DNA of 62,975 bases, counting the filler. It is 6 parts of 6 records of this genome, joined end to end, with 100 filler letters (N's around TTAATTAATTAA, not from the genome) between each part and the next. Parts side by side here need not be neighbours in the genome. Positions count along the whole stretch, not along the records: positions 1 to 13,048 come from SRR31156797_16669; positions 13,149 to 33,001 come from SRR31156797_16671; 4 more parts are not named here. The stretch is one strand, 5' to 3'. Below are positions 10,337 to 20,643 of the stretch, one piece after another. Each line of letters opens with the position of its first letter. Within the stretch, counting starts at the first letter, position 1. The notes below the pieces were generated by a model. The model did no database searches and was not told the DNA's origin. It saw only the letters and a program-made list of their open reading frames with translations. Made by a program: the position numbers and the translations under genes.

Positions 10337-10810
10337 ATGCTATGTGAAGGTGTAAGAATAAAGAATAGCGAAAAACATGAAGCTAGATTTATTAATCAAG
10401 ATGGTGAAGAAATTTTTCTCGGCTATCAGAACAAATCTACTCCCCTAAAGACAATAATAACTGGATGTAATGGTAAGTACAATTATTTGGGTGATTTTGT
10501 TACTCAAAATAATGTACCGAAATTTGTGATATCAAATAATGAGAAACATATTCTGACTGTTACTAGAGTGCCGTCGCATTCACCAAAATGCAAGATTGAA
10601 CACTACAAAAGGGATATATCTGTAAAGTATAGTTTAGGACTTGGATTTACAAAATCGTCAGTGTTAGAGAACAATATTGAGTTAGCTAGTCTGATTAGAA
10701 AGTTTAAGGGATATCGGTTAGAAATAAAGGATGGAGAAAATCCTACGCTGTTTACCGCAATACTCTATGGAGCAGCTGTGATAAATGGATTAGCAGATTT
10801 TATTGATTAA
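10337..10810 (+). CDS. Hypothetical protein, possibly LURP-one/scramblase (Tubby-like) fold
   Basis: Beta-rich body ending YRLEIKDGENPTLFTAILYGAAVI, resembling the LURP-one C-terminal helix; family call tentative. Confidence 0.5.
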   Translation: MLCEGVRIKNSEKHEARFINQDGEEIFLGYQNKSTPLKTIITGCNGKYNYLGDFVTQNNVPKFVISNNEKHILTVTRVPSHSPKCKIEHYKRDISVKYSLGLGFTKSSVLENNIELASLIRKFKGYRLEIKDGENPTLFTAILYGAAVINGLADFID

Positions 10811-10940
10811 TATATATTAAGCTATGTTTTATTGAACTGCTTAATTATTTATAAACAAATTATATATTTTGCCGGCAGCATTTACTTAGCAGAATAATTA
10901 TGATAACATATCACGTAAAGGTCATATAGGGAGAGAGAAT

Positions 10941-11744
10941 TTGAGCAAAGTAATAGTTTGCCCGTTGTTTTCCGGCAGCAGTGGCAACTCAACATTTGTG
11001 GCAACAGAAAGTACAGCTATCTTGGTAGATGCTGGAATGAATGCAAAACGAACAAAGATTGCACTTAGTCATATTGATGCAAGCTTTAATGATATAAATG
11101 GAATAATAATTACACATGAGCATTTTGACCATATCAGAGGAATTGGTGTACTCTCACGACAGCATAATCTGCCTATTTATGCAAATGAAGAAACTTGGCG
11201 TGAAATTGAGCTAAGCAATAAAGTTGGCGATATTCCAATTTATAATAAAATATATATAAAGAATAACAGTCCATTCAGCATAGGAGATATTAATATAACA
11301 GGGTTTTCTACATTTCATGATGTAGCACAAGGCGTGGGATATGTTATAGAACATGCAGCTAAAAAAGCTGTGATTTTGACAGATACAGGACAAGTTACTG
11401 ACAGCATGAAAAGCTATATTGCAGGATGTGATGTGCTGATGATTGAATCAAATCACGATGAACATATGCTGCGAAACGGTAAATATCCTGTGTTCTTAAA
11501 GAGAAGAATATTATCCCGTCATGGTCATTTATCTAATTATGCTGCATCAAAAGTTGTGGCATATGCTGCTAAATACGATTGCAGGAACTTTATATTGGCT
11601 CACTTATCGGACGATAATAATACACCGGAAGCTGCATATGACGCAGCTAGAGAAGAACTGGCAAAAATGGGACTTATGCCGAATAGGGATGTAAATATAC
11701 AAATAGCAAGGAAAGAGATAGTAACTGAGCCAATAATTATATAG
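10941..11744 (+). CDS. MBL-fold metallo-hydrolase (WalJ/YycJ-like)
   Basis: SGSSGN, THEHFDH, HD, TDTG, IESNHD, GHLSN, AHLS. Confidence 0.92.
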   Translation: MSKVIVCPLFSGSSGNSTFVATESTAILVDAGMNAKRTKIALSHIDASFNDINGIIITHEHFDHIRGIGVLSRQHNLPIYANEETWREIELSNKVGDIPIYNKIYIKNNSPFSIGDINITGFSTFHDVAQGVGYVIEHAAKKAVILTDTGQVTDSMKSYIAGCDVLMIESNHDEHMLRNGKYPVFLKRRILSRHGHLSNYAASKVVAYAAKYDCRNFILAHLSDDNNTPEAAYDAAREELAKMGLMPNRDVNIQIARKEIVTEPIII

Positions 11745-12024
11745 TAATTAGAAATTAAGAACTCGTTGTTAATAATCTAATTACATTAGAGTGATAACTA
11801 TTATTTGTGCGGCAGTTTCTTCTTTGAATTAAGCATTGTAAAACCTTGTGTCATATTTATTTTAATAGCATAATATATTATAGTAAATGCAATAAAAAAT
11901 AAAAAATGCCCACGGAAAACAGCAAAAAAGGCAGAAAATCCGTTTATTCGTATTGAATTTAACTGTTAAGCAGACTAATCTTGCAAGAATAATAATAAAA
12001 CTTGCAAAAAAATAAAAAAAATAC

Positions 12025-12053
12025 TTGCATTATCTATTATATTATAGTATTAT
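12025..12053 (+). promoter_or_regulatory. Sigma-A-like promoter for glnA
   Basis: TTGCAT (12025-12030), 17 bp, TATTAT (12048-12053). Confidence 0.6.
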
Positions 12054-12065
12054 GATTTCAACGCT

Positions 12066-12150
12066 AAAAAGGGCGTTTGACTAAAGAGAATATATTTAGG
12101 AACAACGACGTTTCACTAACCCGCTGGGGTTTTTGAAGCGTTTTTTATTT
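12066..12150 (+). promoter_or_regulatory. ANTAR-type antitermination leader of glnA
   Basis: Hairpin AAC-AACGAC-GTT (12101-12112, loop A1/G4) overlaps the 5' arm of terminator ACGTTTCA...TGAAGCGT-TTTTT (12108-12146); imperfect first hairpin AAA-AAGGGC-GTT (12066-12077). Confidence 0.6.
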
Positions 12151-12181
12151 TATCTAATTAATTCATAAAGGAGCATGTGAA

Positions 12182-13048
12182 ATGACAAAGATTACAGAAA
12201 TTTACGGCAGTGACGTTTTTAACGATAGCGTTATGAGAGAAAGGTTAACAAAGCCTGTCTACAAGTCACTGAAGGCGGTAATGGGAAGCGGCGGTCAACT
12301 ATCTTTGGAAGTTGCGGATGTAGTAGCAAACGCAATGAAGGACTGGGCAATCGAGAAGGGTGCAACTCACTTTACTCACTGGTTCCAGCCAATGACAGGA
12401 CTTACAGCTGAGAAGCACGACTCATTTATATCACCAATAGGTGACGGCGAGATTATGTTAACATTCTCAGGCAAGGAACTTATCCAAGGTGAACCTGACG
12501 CATCATCATTCCCTAACGGCGGACTAAGACAAACAGCTGAAGCAAGAGGCTATACAGCTTGGGACTGTACATCACCAGCATTCGTAAAGGACGGTACACT
12601 ATATATACCAACAGCATTCTGTTCATACACAGGATTTGCACTTGATAAAAAAACACCTTTGCTTCGTTCAATGGATGCAGTATCAAAGCAAGCGTTAAAG
12701 ATTATGAAGCTGTTCGGCAATACAACAGCAACTAAGGTTACATCATATGTTGGTCCAGAACAGGAGTATTTCTTGATTGACAAGAAAATGTTCGACCAAA
12801 GAAAAGACCTTATATATTCAGGCAGAACACTATTCGGTGCACCTTCTCCAAAAGGACAGGAAATGGATGACCAATACTTCGGTTCACTAAAGGAACGTGT
12901 ATCAGCATTCATGAAGGAATTCGATGAAGAGCTGTGGAAGCTAGGTGTAGCAAGTACTACAAAGCATAACGAAGTTGCTCCAGCACAGCACGAAATGGCA
13001 CCTGTATATTCTACAACAAATATAGCAACAGACCACAACCAATTGGTT
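12182..13048 (+). CDS. glnA: Glutamine synthetase type III (partial, truncated by contig end)
   Basis: [52 protein letters not shown]. Confidence 0.95.
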
Positions 13049-13148
13049 NNNNNNNNNNNNNNNNNNNNNNNNNNNNNNNNNNNNNNNNNNNNTTAATTAA
13101 TTAANNNNNNNNNNNNNNNNNNNNNNNNNNNNNNNNNNNNNNNNNNNN
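13049..13148. other. Artificial contig spacer
   Basis: N-run with TTAATTAATTAA; gene content changes across it. Confidence 0.98.
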
Positions 13149-13347
13149 CCTTCTTATTTGAGAACCTGAGTTGTTACCCTTTTGTTCTAATATTATAGTG
13201 TTGAATGCATAAAATTATGTGGAATAGAAGTTTTTATGTAACTTCTTAAAGCCTACAGACAGGAAAGATAATATGAAAGGAATCAGTAAAGCGGTTTCAA
13301 CATTATTAAACATCTGGCTGTTAATAAAATGTCTTTAATCCTTAAAT

Positions 13348-15651
13348 ATGCACACAATACTCATTTTATACTTGCTCATCACATTTGCATTGCTCATCAT
13401 TCCAAAGAAGCAATCGAAATATAGTGCAGTATTGGTTGCTTTTTTTCAGTTGGGGATGTTTGTATACTTCTACATGCAAATGCCAACATTACAGGCACAA
13501 CAAAGCGTTTCATTATTTACGGAATGGATACCTGAGCTGGGCTTGAATTTTGAGTTTACGTTAGATGGATTGAGTTTCGTTTTTAGCTTGTTGATTACTT
13601 TTATTGGCTTTCTGGTTTTTATATATGCCCAAAACTATATGAAAAGTTACTCCGGTACCAGGAGGTTTTATTTTTACCTTTCTCTTTTTAGTGGGGCCAT
13701 GTTAGGGCTGGTGTTATCCTCTAACTTTGTTCAACTCTTTGTATTTTGGGAGCTAACTAGTGTTTTATCATTTCTCTTAATCAGCTTTTTTAATGAAAAA
13801 CCTAATGCCAGAAAAGCTGCATTTCAATCATTATTTGTTACTGGGTTGGGAGGTTTAAGTTTGCTGGCAGGAATAATACTTATTGGTAGTATCGTTGATA
13901 GTTATTCCTTAAGTGTTTGGTTAAATCAATCTGAAGTTATTAAAAGTGATAGCAGGTATCTGCCGGCTTTAGTTTTAATTTTAATAGGCATATTCTCCAA
14001 ATCTGCCCAATTCCCCTTTCACTTTTGGCTGTTAGGAGCCATGCAAGCACCAACTCCGGTGAGCTCATACCTTCATTCTGCAACAATGGTAAAGGCGGGT
14101 GTTTTTTTGTTGGCACGTTTATACCCTATTTTAGGCAATACGGCGGAATGGTCAAGTTTTGTTTCCATGGCAGGAGGAGTCACTATGCTTATTGGGGCTT
14201 ATTTGGCCATTACCCAGGTAAATATTAAGCTTATTTTAGCATATACCACCGTTAGTGCTCTTGGAATTCTTACTTTATTGTTAGGTATAAATATACAATT
14301 GGCCGTAAAAGCAGCTTTTGTTTTCTTGTTTGTTCATGCCTTTTATAAGGCTGCACTTTTTATGCTTGCCGGGTATATTATCAAACAAACCAATACAAAA
14401 ACAATTGAAGGCTCCGGAGGATTAATAAAAGCAACGCCAATTGGTTTTGTAATCGCTGCCATTGCGCTTTTTTCCATGGCTGGCATGCCTCCTTTACTTG
14501 GTTTTATTGGGAAAGAGCTTATATACGAAGCTAAATTTGAATCAACATGGATGTCATCCATTTTGCTTGTGCTAGGTGTAACTACCAATATTTTTATGAT
14601 TGCGATCTCTTTTTTACTGCTCTTTAAAGTCTTTCTGGGTAAGGCAAAAACCAACCTTTCAAGTCCTAAAAGCAATTATGGAATCCTGTTATTCAGTCCG
14701 GGAGTCTTGGCTTTGCTAAGCTTAATATTCGGTTTATTTCCTGATTTACTTAGCCGGATAATAGAACCGGCAATGCGCACTGTTCTTGAGGATAATTTTC
14801 CGGTAAAACTAAAATTGTGGCATGGCTTTAATCAGGTGTTATTATTAAGTGTACTGACTATTTTAATGGGTATATTGCTTTTTATAATTACTTATAAAAA
14901 CAAAAGGGTTATAACAGTTTGGCAAAGCATAAACAGTCATCTGTTTTCCATATATCTTTCCAATGTATTTTTTAATGCAGTGGAAAACTTCATATCCTTT
15001 TCCAGAGGGAACATTAAGTTTATCCAACATGGTTATAACAGGTATTATATTATTACAATTATTTTAATTACCAGCTTATTAGTATCATTTCAACTGTATC
15101 TTTTAAATGGATGGGAAGTTGATTTGCCATTGTCGATTCAACCGTTTTATATTTTCGGATTGGTATTAATAATAGGCGTTTCAACAATTTTGAGCATTGT
15201 ATCAATGAATAGGCTATTTACTATAGCCACGATGGCAGTAATAGGGTATGGTATATCATTAATTTATATATACTACAGTGCTATTGATCTGGCCATTACT
15301 CAAATAATTATTGAAACCTTAATGGTAGTAATGTTTGTAGTGGTGCTGGGTAAATTACCTAAATTTAAAAGATTCTCTAAACCATCAACTAAAATTAGGG
15401 ATGCCATCATTGCCATAACATTCGGTGTTGTTATGTCCTTTTTGGCGTTGAATGCCATCGATGTAAACCTTAACCCATCCATTTCGGAATATTTTATTGA
15501 CAATAGCGCTTTAAAAGCCTACGGTAAGAATGTTGTCAATGTCATTTTAGTTGATTTTAGGGCTTTAGATACACTGGGCGAAATTACCGTTCTTGCCATA
15601 GCAGCTTTAGGGGTTTATTCAATGTTGTACGTAAAAAAAACTAAAAAATGA
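13348..15651 (+). CDS. mrpA: Na+/H+ antiporter subunit A
   Basis: FVFWELT, KSAQFPFHFW, APTPVSSYLHSATMVKAG, NVVNVILVDFRALDTLGE. Confidence 0.95.
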   Translation: MHTILILYLLITFALLIIPKKQSKYSAVLVAFFQLGMFVYFYMQMPTLQAQQSVSLFTEWIPELGLNFEFTLDGLSFVFSLLITFIGFLVFIYAQNYMKSYSGTRRFYFYLSLFSGAMLGLVLSSNFVQLFVFWELTSVLSFLLISFFNEKPNARKAAFQSLFVTGLGGLSLLAGIILIGSIVDSYSLSVWLNQSEVIKSDSRYLPALVLILIGIFSKSAQFPFHFWLLGAMQAPTPVSSYLHSATMVKAGVFLLARLYPILGNTAEWSSFVSMAGGVTMLIGAYLAITQVNIKLILAYTTVSALGILTLLLGINIQLAVKAAFVFLFVHAFYKAALFMLAGYIIKQTNTKTIEGSGGLIKATPIGFVIAAIALFSMAGMPPLLGFIGKELIYEAKFESTWMSSILLVLGVTTNIFMIAISFLLLFKVFLGKAKTNLSSPKSNYGILLFSPGVLALLSLIFGLFPDLLSRIIEPAMRTVLEDNFPVKLKLWHGFNQVLLLSVLTILMGILLFIITYKNKRVITVWQSINSHLFSIYLSNVFFNAVENFISFSRGNIKFIQHGYNRYYIITIILITSLLVSFQLYLLNGWEVDLPLSIQPFYIFGLVLIIGVSTILSIVSMNRLFTIATMAVIGYGISLIYIYYSAIDLAITQIIIETLMVVMFVVVLGKLPKFKRFSKPSTKIRDAIIAITFGVVMSFLALNAIDVNLNPSISEYFIDNSALKAYGKNVVNVILVDFRALDTLGEITVLAIAALGVYSMLYVKKTKK

Positions 15652-16067
15652 ACTCAATTATATTACAAATAGCTACAAAATATTTAAGACCTATTTTCTT
15701 GATATTTGCGATTATCGCCCTTTGGCAAGGGCACAATCACCCAGGAGGGGGCTTTATTGGTGGACTTATTGCTTCGCTTGCTACCGTATACAGCAGCATT
15801 GCCTATACCAACAAAACAATTAGACGCAAAATAAAAGTTAAGCCAACATACTTTATTGGGATAGGGTTAATTTGTGCCCTTTCAAGTTTATTACCAAGTG
15901 TTTTTATGGGAGCTCCCCTAATGAAAGGAAATTGGCTGGTATTTGACATGCCTGTACTTGGCACTATTAAACTGGGAACACCACTCCTTTTTGATATAGG
16001 TGTGTTTTTTACGGTCATTGGCATTACGCTCATGTTTTTATTCACATTATCAATAAACGAAGAGTAA
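15648..16067 (+). CDS. mrpB: Na+/H+ antiporter subunit B
   Basis: GHNHPGGGFIGGL, LFDIGV; ATGA overlap with mrpA. Confidence 0.93.
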   Translation: MNSIILQIATKYLRPIFLIFAIIALWQGHNHPGGGFIGGLIASLATVYSSIAYTNKTIRRKIKVKPTYFIGIGLICALSSLLPSVFMGAPLMKGNWLVFDMPVLGTIKLGTPLLFDIGVFFTVIGITLMFLFTLSINEE

Positions 16068-16411
16068 TGGAAGTACTATTATCAGCATTAATTGGTTTAC
16101 TGTATGCCGGAGGAGTATATTTAATATTAAGGCGCAACATCCTGCGTTTTATTATTGGTATTATATTTTTAGGTAATGCTACCAATATGCTTGTATTTCT
16201 ATCGGCAGGTATAGTGGCAGGCCAACCACCCATATTAAAAGAAGTTGAGAAAAATACGCAACAAATAGCCGATCCTTTGCCTCAGGCACTGGTATTAACA
16301 GCGATTGTTATTGGTTTGGGGGTGGTCATATTTACCCTTGCATTAAAATATAAGTTTTTTACAGCAACAGCCATTGATGATATGGATGAATTAAAAAGCA
16401 CAGATGGTTAA
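16067..16411 (+). CDS. mrpC: Na+/H+ antiporter subunit C
   Basis: DPLPQALVLTAIVIG. Confidence 0.94.
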   Translation: MEVLLSALIGLLYAGGVYLILRRNILRFIIGIIFLGNATNMLVFLSAGIVAGQPPILKEVEKNTQQIADPLPQALVLTAIVIGLGVVIFTLALKYKFFTATAIDDMDELKSTDG

Positions 16412-16413
16412 AT

Positions 16414-17901
16414 ATGAATGAAATAGCTCTTCCTATATTATTGCCTTTTGCCTTCATCATTATTTTAATTTTTGTGAGGGCGGCCTCCATTGCCAGATGG
16501 ATAGGTATTTTTGGTAGTGCCCTGTTACTGGCTGTTTCGGTTTTTCTTTTTATTCAGGTAAGGAAATATAACGTGCTGGTATTGCAGGTAGGAGGATGGG
16601 AGGCGCCTTATGGTATCTTTCTGGTAATTGATTATTTAAGCAGTCTTATGTTGCTGGTCTCCAACTTAATTGTTTTAGCTATTTCCATTTATGCTTATCG
16701 TTTTGTAGGTAAGAATGATAAATTCTCTAAATTCTTTCTTTTCTTTTTTGCTCTCGTATTAGGTGTTAATGGAATTTTTATTACCGGTGATGCGTTTAAC
16801 TTTTACGTGTGGCTCGAAGTTATGCTGCTTTCTTCCTTTGTGCTTATAACAATGGGAACTTCAAGAAAACAGCTTGAGGGTGGAATTAAATATATGTCAT
16901 TAAACCTTATTTCGTCACTTTTATTTTTAGCGGGTTTGGGTTTATTATATGGCAAAACGGGTACCTTAAATATGGCTCATCTGGCAAAGGTTATAAGTAA
17001 CAGCCAGGAGGGAATATTAATGAATACATCTGGTATGTTGTTTTTTATTTCTTTAGGTATAAAATCAGCTATTTTTCCACTTTTCTTTTGGTTGCCTGCT
17101 TCTTACCATACCGCAAATATTACAGTGACTTCTTTATTTGCAGGGCTGTTAACTAAAGTAGGAGTCTATGGCTTTATTCGGTTTACCACCCTGTTTGTTG
17201 CAGAGAGCGCCAGTTTATGGCACAATTTACTATTAATATCTGCTGGGTTAACAATGGTAATTGGCGGAATGGCAGCATCAATACAGTATGATAGCAGGCG
17301 CATTTTATCATATCATATTATCAGCCAAATTGGCTATATGATTATGGGGCTGGGTATTTATACCCCATTGGCTATTGCAGGAGCCATCTATTTTACTATT
17401 CATAATATGTTGGCTAAAACCAATACCTTTTTAATAACGGGCGTTATTCATAAACTAAAGGGAACATTTGATTTAAAAATAATAGGAGGCTTGTTTAAAG
17501 AACATCCTTTCCTCGCCATTCTTTTTATTATTCCGGCTTTTGCTTTGGCTGGTATTCCTCCTTTGTCCGGTTTTTTTGCAAAGTTGGCTCTAGTTAAGGC
17601 GGGTATTGACGATCATTACTATTTGATTACAGCAGTAGCTATTCTGACCAGCCTTTTAACCCTTTATTCGATGATTAAAATTTGGAATGAAGCCTTTTTA
17701 AAACAGCAACCCGAAAACACTTGTTTGCCCAAAGGTAATTCACTTGGTTTAAGCGATGTGCTCCCATCTGTCATACTGGGATTTTGCACTATAGCCCTGG
17801 GTTTGCTAGCTGCCCATTTTATAGAATTAACTTTGATAGCAGCCAACCAATTGCTCGATCCGGATGTTTATATTAATGCAGTGCTAAATGAAGAAAAATG
17901 A
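16414..17901 (+). CDS. mrpD: Na+/H+ antiporter subunit D
   Basis: FNFYVWLEV, KSAIFPLFFWLPASY, LLTKVGVY, GIPPLSGFFAK. Confidence 0.94.
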   Translation: MNEIALPILLPFAFIIILIFVRAASIARWIGIFGSALLLAVSVFLFIQVRKYNVLVLQVGGWEAPYGIFLVIDYLSSLMLLVSNLIVLAISIYAYRFVGKNDKFSKFFLFFFALVLGVNGIFITGDAFNFYVWLEVMLLSSFVLITMGTSRKQLEGGIKYMSLNLISSLLFLAGLGLLYGKTGTLNMAHLAKVISNSQEGILMNTSGMLFFISLGIKSAIFPLFFWLPASYHTANITVTSLFAGLLTKVGVYGFIRFTTLFVAESASLWHNLLLISAGLTMVIGGMAASIQYDSRRILSYHIISQIGYMIMGLGIYTPLAIAGAIYFTIHNMLAKTNTFLITGVIHKLKGTFDLKIIGGLFKEHPFLAILFIIPAFALAGIPPLSGFFAKLALVKAGIDDHYYLITAVAILTSLLTLYSMIKIWNEAFLKQQPENTCLPKGNSLGLSDVLPSVILGFCTIALGLLAAHFIELTLIAANQLLDPDVYINAVLNEEK

Positions 17902-18230
17902 AGATAATTGATAAAACATATCAGGCTGCTTTGTTTCTCATTTACTACCTCATCAAGGTAGTACAGGCAAACGTATATATAGCCTATGATATTTTAACAC
18001 CCAAAGCACTATCTACACCAGAGCTTATCTGGATTCCAATTAAGATAAAAACGGATTTTGGATTGCTTTTACTAACGAACCTAATTACTATGACACCAGG
18101 TACTTTAAGTATTGAGCTTAGTGAGGACAAAAAGAAAATTTTGGTGCACAGCTTGTATAATGACAAGAATGGTAATGTTATAGCAGATATTGAAAAAATT
18201 CAGTCAAAAATAATACGTTTAACCACATAG
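17898..18230 (+). CDS. mrpE: Na+/H+ antiporter subunit E
   Basis: NLITMTPGTL motif; operon order. Confidence 0.92.
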   Translation: MKIIDKTYQAALFLIYYLIKVVQANVYIAYDILTPKALSTPELIWIPIKIKTDFGLLLLTNLITMTPGTLSIELSEDKKKILVHSLYNDKNGNVIADIEKIQSKIIRLTT

Positions 18231-18234
18231 AGTA

Positions 18235-18519
18235 ATGATGGAAGAAAGTGTTTTAAATATCGCTATAGTCATTGGTTTTGCCTTTATGTTGTTGGCCATC
18301 ATACTGACATTATACCGGCTTATAAAAGGTCCAGATATGCACGATAGAATTGCAGCAATGGATCTTTTGGCATCCATAACAATGGGGTTTATACTATTAT
18401 ATAGCATTGTCATTAAAAAAGGTTTGTATATCGATATTGTAATTGTTTTATCTCTAGTTTCATTTATTAGCACAGTAGCTATATCTACTTATTTAAAACT
18501 GAAATATTCTCAAATATGA
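18235..18519 (+). CDS. mrpF: Na+/H+ antiporter subunit F
   Basis: RLIKGP..DRIAAMD; three TM helices. Confidence 0.92.
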   Translation: MMEESVLNIAIVIGFAFMLLAIILTLYRLIKGPDMHDRIAAMDLLASITMGFILLYSIVIKKGLYIDIVIVLSLVSFISTVAISTYLKLKYSQI

Positions 18520-18806
18520 TTAATCTTATTATTTCCATATTTATAGTTTTAGGTGCATTATTATTTTTAATTGCAGCAATTGGCTTAATAAGGTTTAAGG
18601 ATCTTTACAGCAGGCTTCATGCCATTTCAAAAGCAACTTCGTTGGGAATTCTTTTACTTATCATGGGAGTCGTTATTTATTTTCAGAGTTGGGAGATTGG
18701 TATAAAGTCATTTCTTATCATTGTTTTTATCTATATAACTTCTCCATTGTCTGCTCATTCAATAGCAAAATCATATAGGGATATAAATAGTACCAAAAAA
18801 AAATAG
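18516..18806 (+). CDS. mrpG: Na+/H+ antiporter subunit G
   Basis: GLIRFKDLYSRLHA, TSPLSAH. Confidence 0.92.
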   Translation: MINLIISIFIVLGALLFLIAAIGLIRFKDLYSRLHAISKATSLGILLLIMGVVIYFQSWEIGIKSFLIIVFIYITSPLSAHSIAKSYRDINSTKKK

Positions 18807-18862
18807 TAAATTAAGTACACGCAGGTTTGAATCAGTTGAATTACTAATTAAATAAAAAGACC

Positions 18863-19993
18863 ATGAAATATCTTCAGAATATACTTGTAACGGTTGATTT
18901 TAGTGAGTCATCAGACTATATAATTGAAAACTCAATTAAATTAGCTGAAAAATTTAATTCAGAGATTACATTAATGCATGTCATTGCCGAAGAGCATTTA
19001 TCTGATAAACTGGATCATTTTATTGAAGAATCGGTGCAAACCAAATTAGATAAAATGGCTTCCCAAATTTCTGCAAAGGGAATTAAACTAAAAGAGTCGA
19101 TTATAGTCCATGGGGTACCTTTCGAGAAAATTATTGATGAAGCAGCAGCCAAAGATTATAATGTAATTATAGCTGGCAAATCATTTAAAACAGAAAATGA
19201 TTCATATGGCCCAGGTACTACAGTAGATAAACTAATTCGGAAAAATGAAATTCCAGTTTGGGTGGTCAGACCACAACCCGTTGGTAAAATAGAAAAGATA
19301 ATGTGCCCCGTTGACTTTTCTGATGCATCAAAAAGGGCGCTTGAGAATGCGATCACTTTAACTCGTAGTTACAAAGCAACTTTGACAATTCTAAATGTCT
19401 ATAAACCTATTCACTATTCTTCGATGTGGTATGAAGGAGATAGTGTAGATGAAAACCAAACGCTAATGTTAAATCAGGAAGCTGAATTCAAAGAATTTCT
19501 TAGCAACTTTGATTTATCAGATATTTCCTATAATGCAGTTTCTCTTGAAGGGGAAGTACATGTAGAAATATTGAAGTATAGTAAGGAAAATGAAGTGGAT
19601 TTGTTGCTGATAGGGACAACAGGGAAAAAAGGATTGAGTAGGTTGTTAATGGGTTCAACCGCAGCCAAAGTTACCAGGGAGATTCAATGTAATTTTGTTA
19701 CCACAAAAACAAAAGACATTACAGATGACTATTTTGAAAGTAGTTTAAAATCATTAGAGGCAATTGTTAATTCGGCAAAAAAACTTATTGAAAAAGAAGA
19801 CTATAACGGAGCTATAGAAAAATATTCTATGGCGTTAAAACAGCACCCTTACAATATTCCAATTTTTTTGGGACTAATTGAATGTTATGAAGCTATTGAT
19901 GAAAAAGATAAAGCTGAATATTATAGAAATCATGCTCATATAATAGTAGAACGAATTTGGGGTAAAAAGTATCTGCATATATTTAAATTATAG
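18863..19993 (+). CDS. Universal stress protein (two USP domains) with C-terminal TPR-like extension
   Basis: ILVTVDFSESS and IMCPVDFSDAS repeats; GTTGKKGLSRLLMGSTA; helical tail YNGAIEKYSMALKQHP. Confidence 0.88.
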   Translation: MKYLQNILVTVDFSESSDYIIENSIKLAEKFNSEITLMHVIAEEHLSDKLDHFIEESVQTKLDKMASQISAKGIKLKESIIVHGVPFEKIIDEAAAKDYNVIIAGKSFKTENDSYGPGTTVDKLIRKNEIPVWVVRPQPVGKIEKIMCPVDFSDASKRALENAITLTRSYKATLTILNVYKPIHYSSMWYEGDSVDENQTLMLNQEAEFKEFLSNFDLSDISYNAVSLEGEVHVEILKYSKENEVDLLLIGTTGKKGLSRLLMGSTAAKVTREIQCNFVTTKTKDITDDYFESSLKSLEAIVNSAKKLIEKEDYNGAIEKYSMALKQHPYNIPIFLGLIECYEAIDEKDKAEYYRNHAHIIVERIWGKKYLHIFKL

Positions 19994-20035
19994 CTGTTGC
20001 AACATATTGTTTTTAGAAAGAATGTTTGATAAATC

Positions 20036-20064
20036 AGGAGCCAAATTATTGGGCTCCTTTTTTT
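20036..20064 (+). terminator. Intrinsic terminator after USP gene
   Basis: AGGAGCC...GGCTCCT followed by TTTTTT. Confidence 0.75.
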
Positions 20065-20235
20065 ATGCCAATTTACTAAGTGTGGGATTTGTATGTGTCC
20101 ATATTTAAGGTGCTTAAATCTAAATTTTCATATTCGGTAATACGGGTAACTCTATCCGTAATAAAGGTAGTTATACCTTATTGTTAATCCAGATATTTGT
20201 ATTGTAGAAAATGAGAACAATTAAATACAAATACA

Positions 20236-20631
20236 ATGAGTGATTTCAAACAACCTTTTTCTTTAGGAGAAAAAAACGAGGCTTATGCTCAATATTTTGT
20301 AGGGCAAAGTTATATATCAGTGCTGTCGCTCGAAGGTGCCCAATCCTTTAATGTGACTTTTGAACCGGGATGCCGCAACAACTGGCATATTCACCATAAA
20401 GGAGGTCAAATATTATACTGTACTGCTGGTGAAGGATGGTATCAGGCAGAAGGGCAACCAGGACAAAAATTAAAAGTTGGAGATGTGGTAAATATTCCTG
20501 CCGGAGTAAATCATTGGCATGGTGCAACTAAAGATAGTTGGTTTGCTCACATTGCTTTATCTATTCCAGCTGAAGGAGCAAGTGTTGAATGGTTAAATCC
20601 TGTTACTGATGAAGAGTATAATCAACTTTAA
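20236..20631 (+). CDS. Cupin domain protein
   Basis: VTFEPGCRNNWHIH, GEGWYQ, HWHGA. Confidence 0.9.
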   Translation: MSDFKQPFSLGEKNEAYAQYFVGQSYISVLSLEGAQSFNVTFEPGCRNNWHIHHKGGQILYCTAGEGWYQAEGQPGQKLKVGDVVNIPAGVNHWHGATKDSWFAHIALSIPAEGASVEWLNPVTDEEYNQL

Positions 20632-20643
20632 ATAATAGAACAG

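Noticed and set aside
13093-13104. TTAATTAATTAA as a biological repeat
   Set aside because: Artificial six-frame stop linker embedded in N-runs
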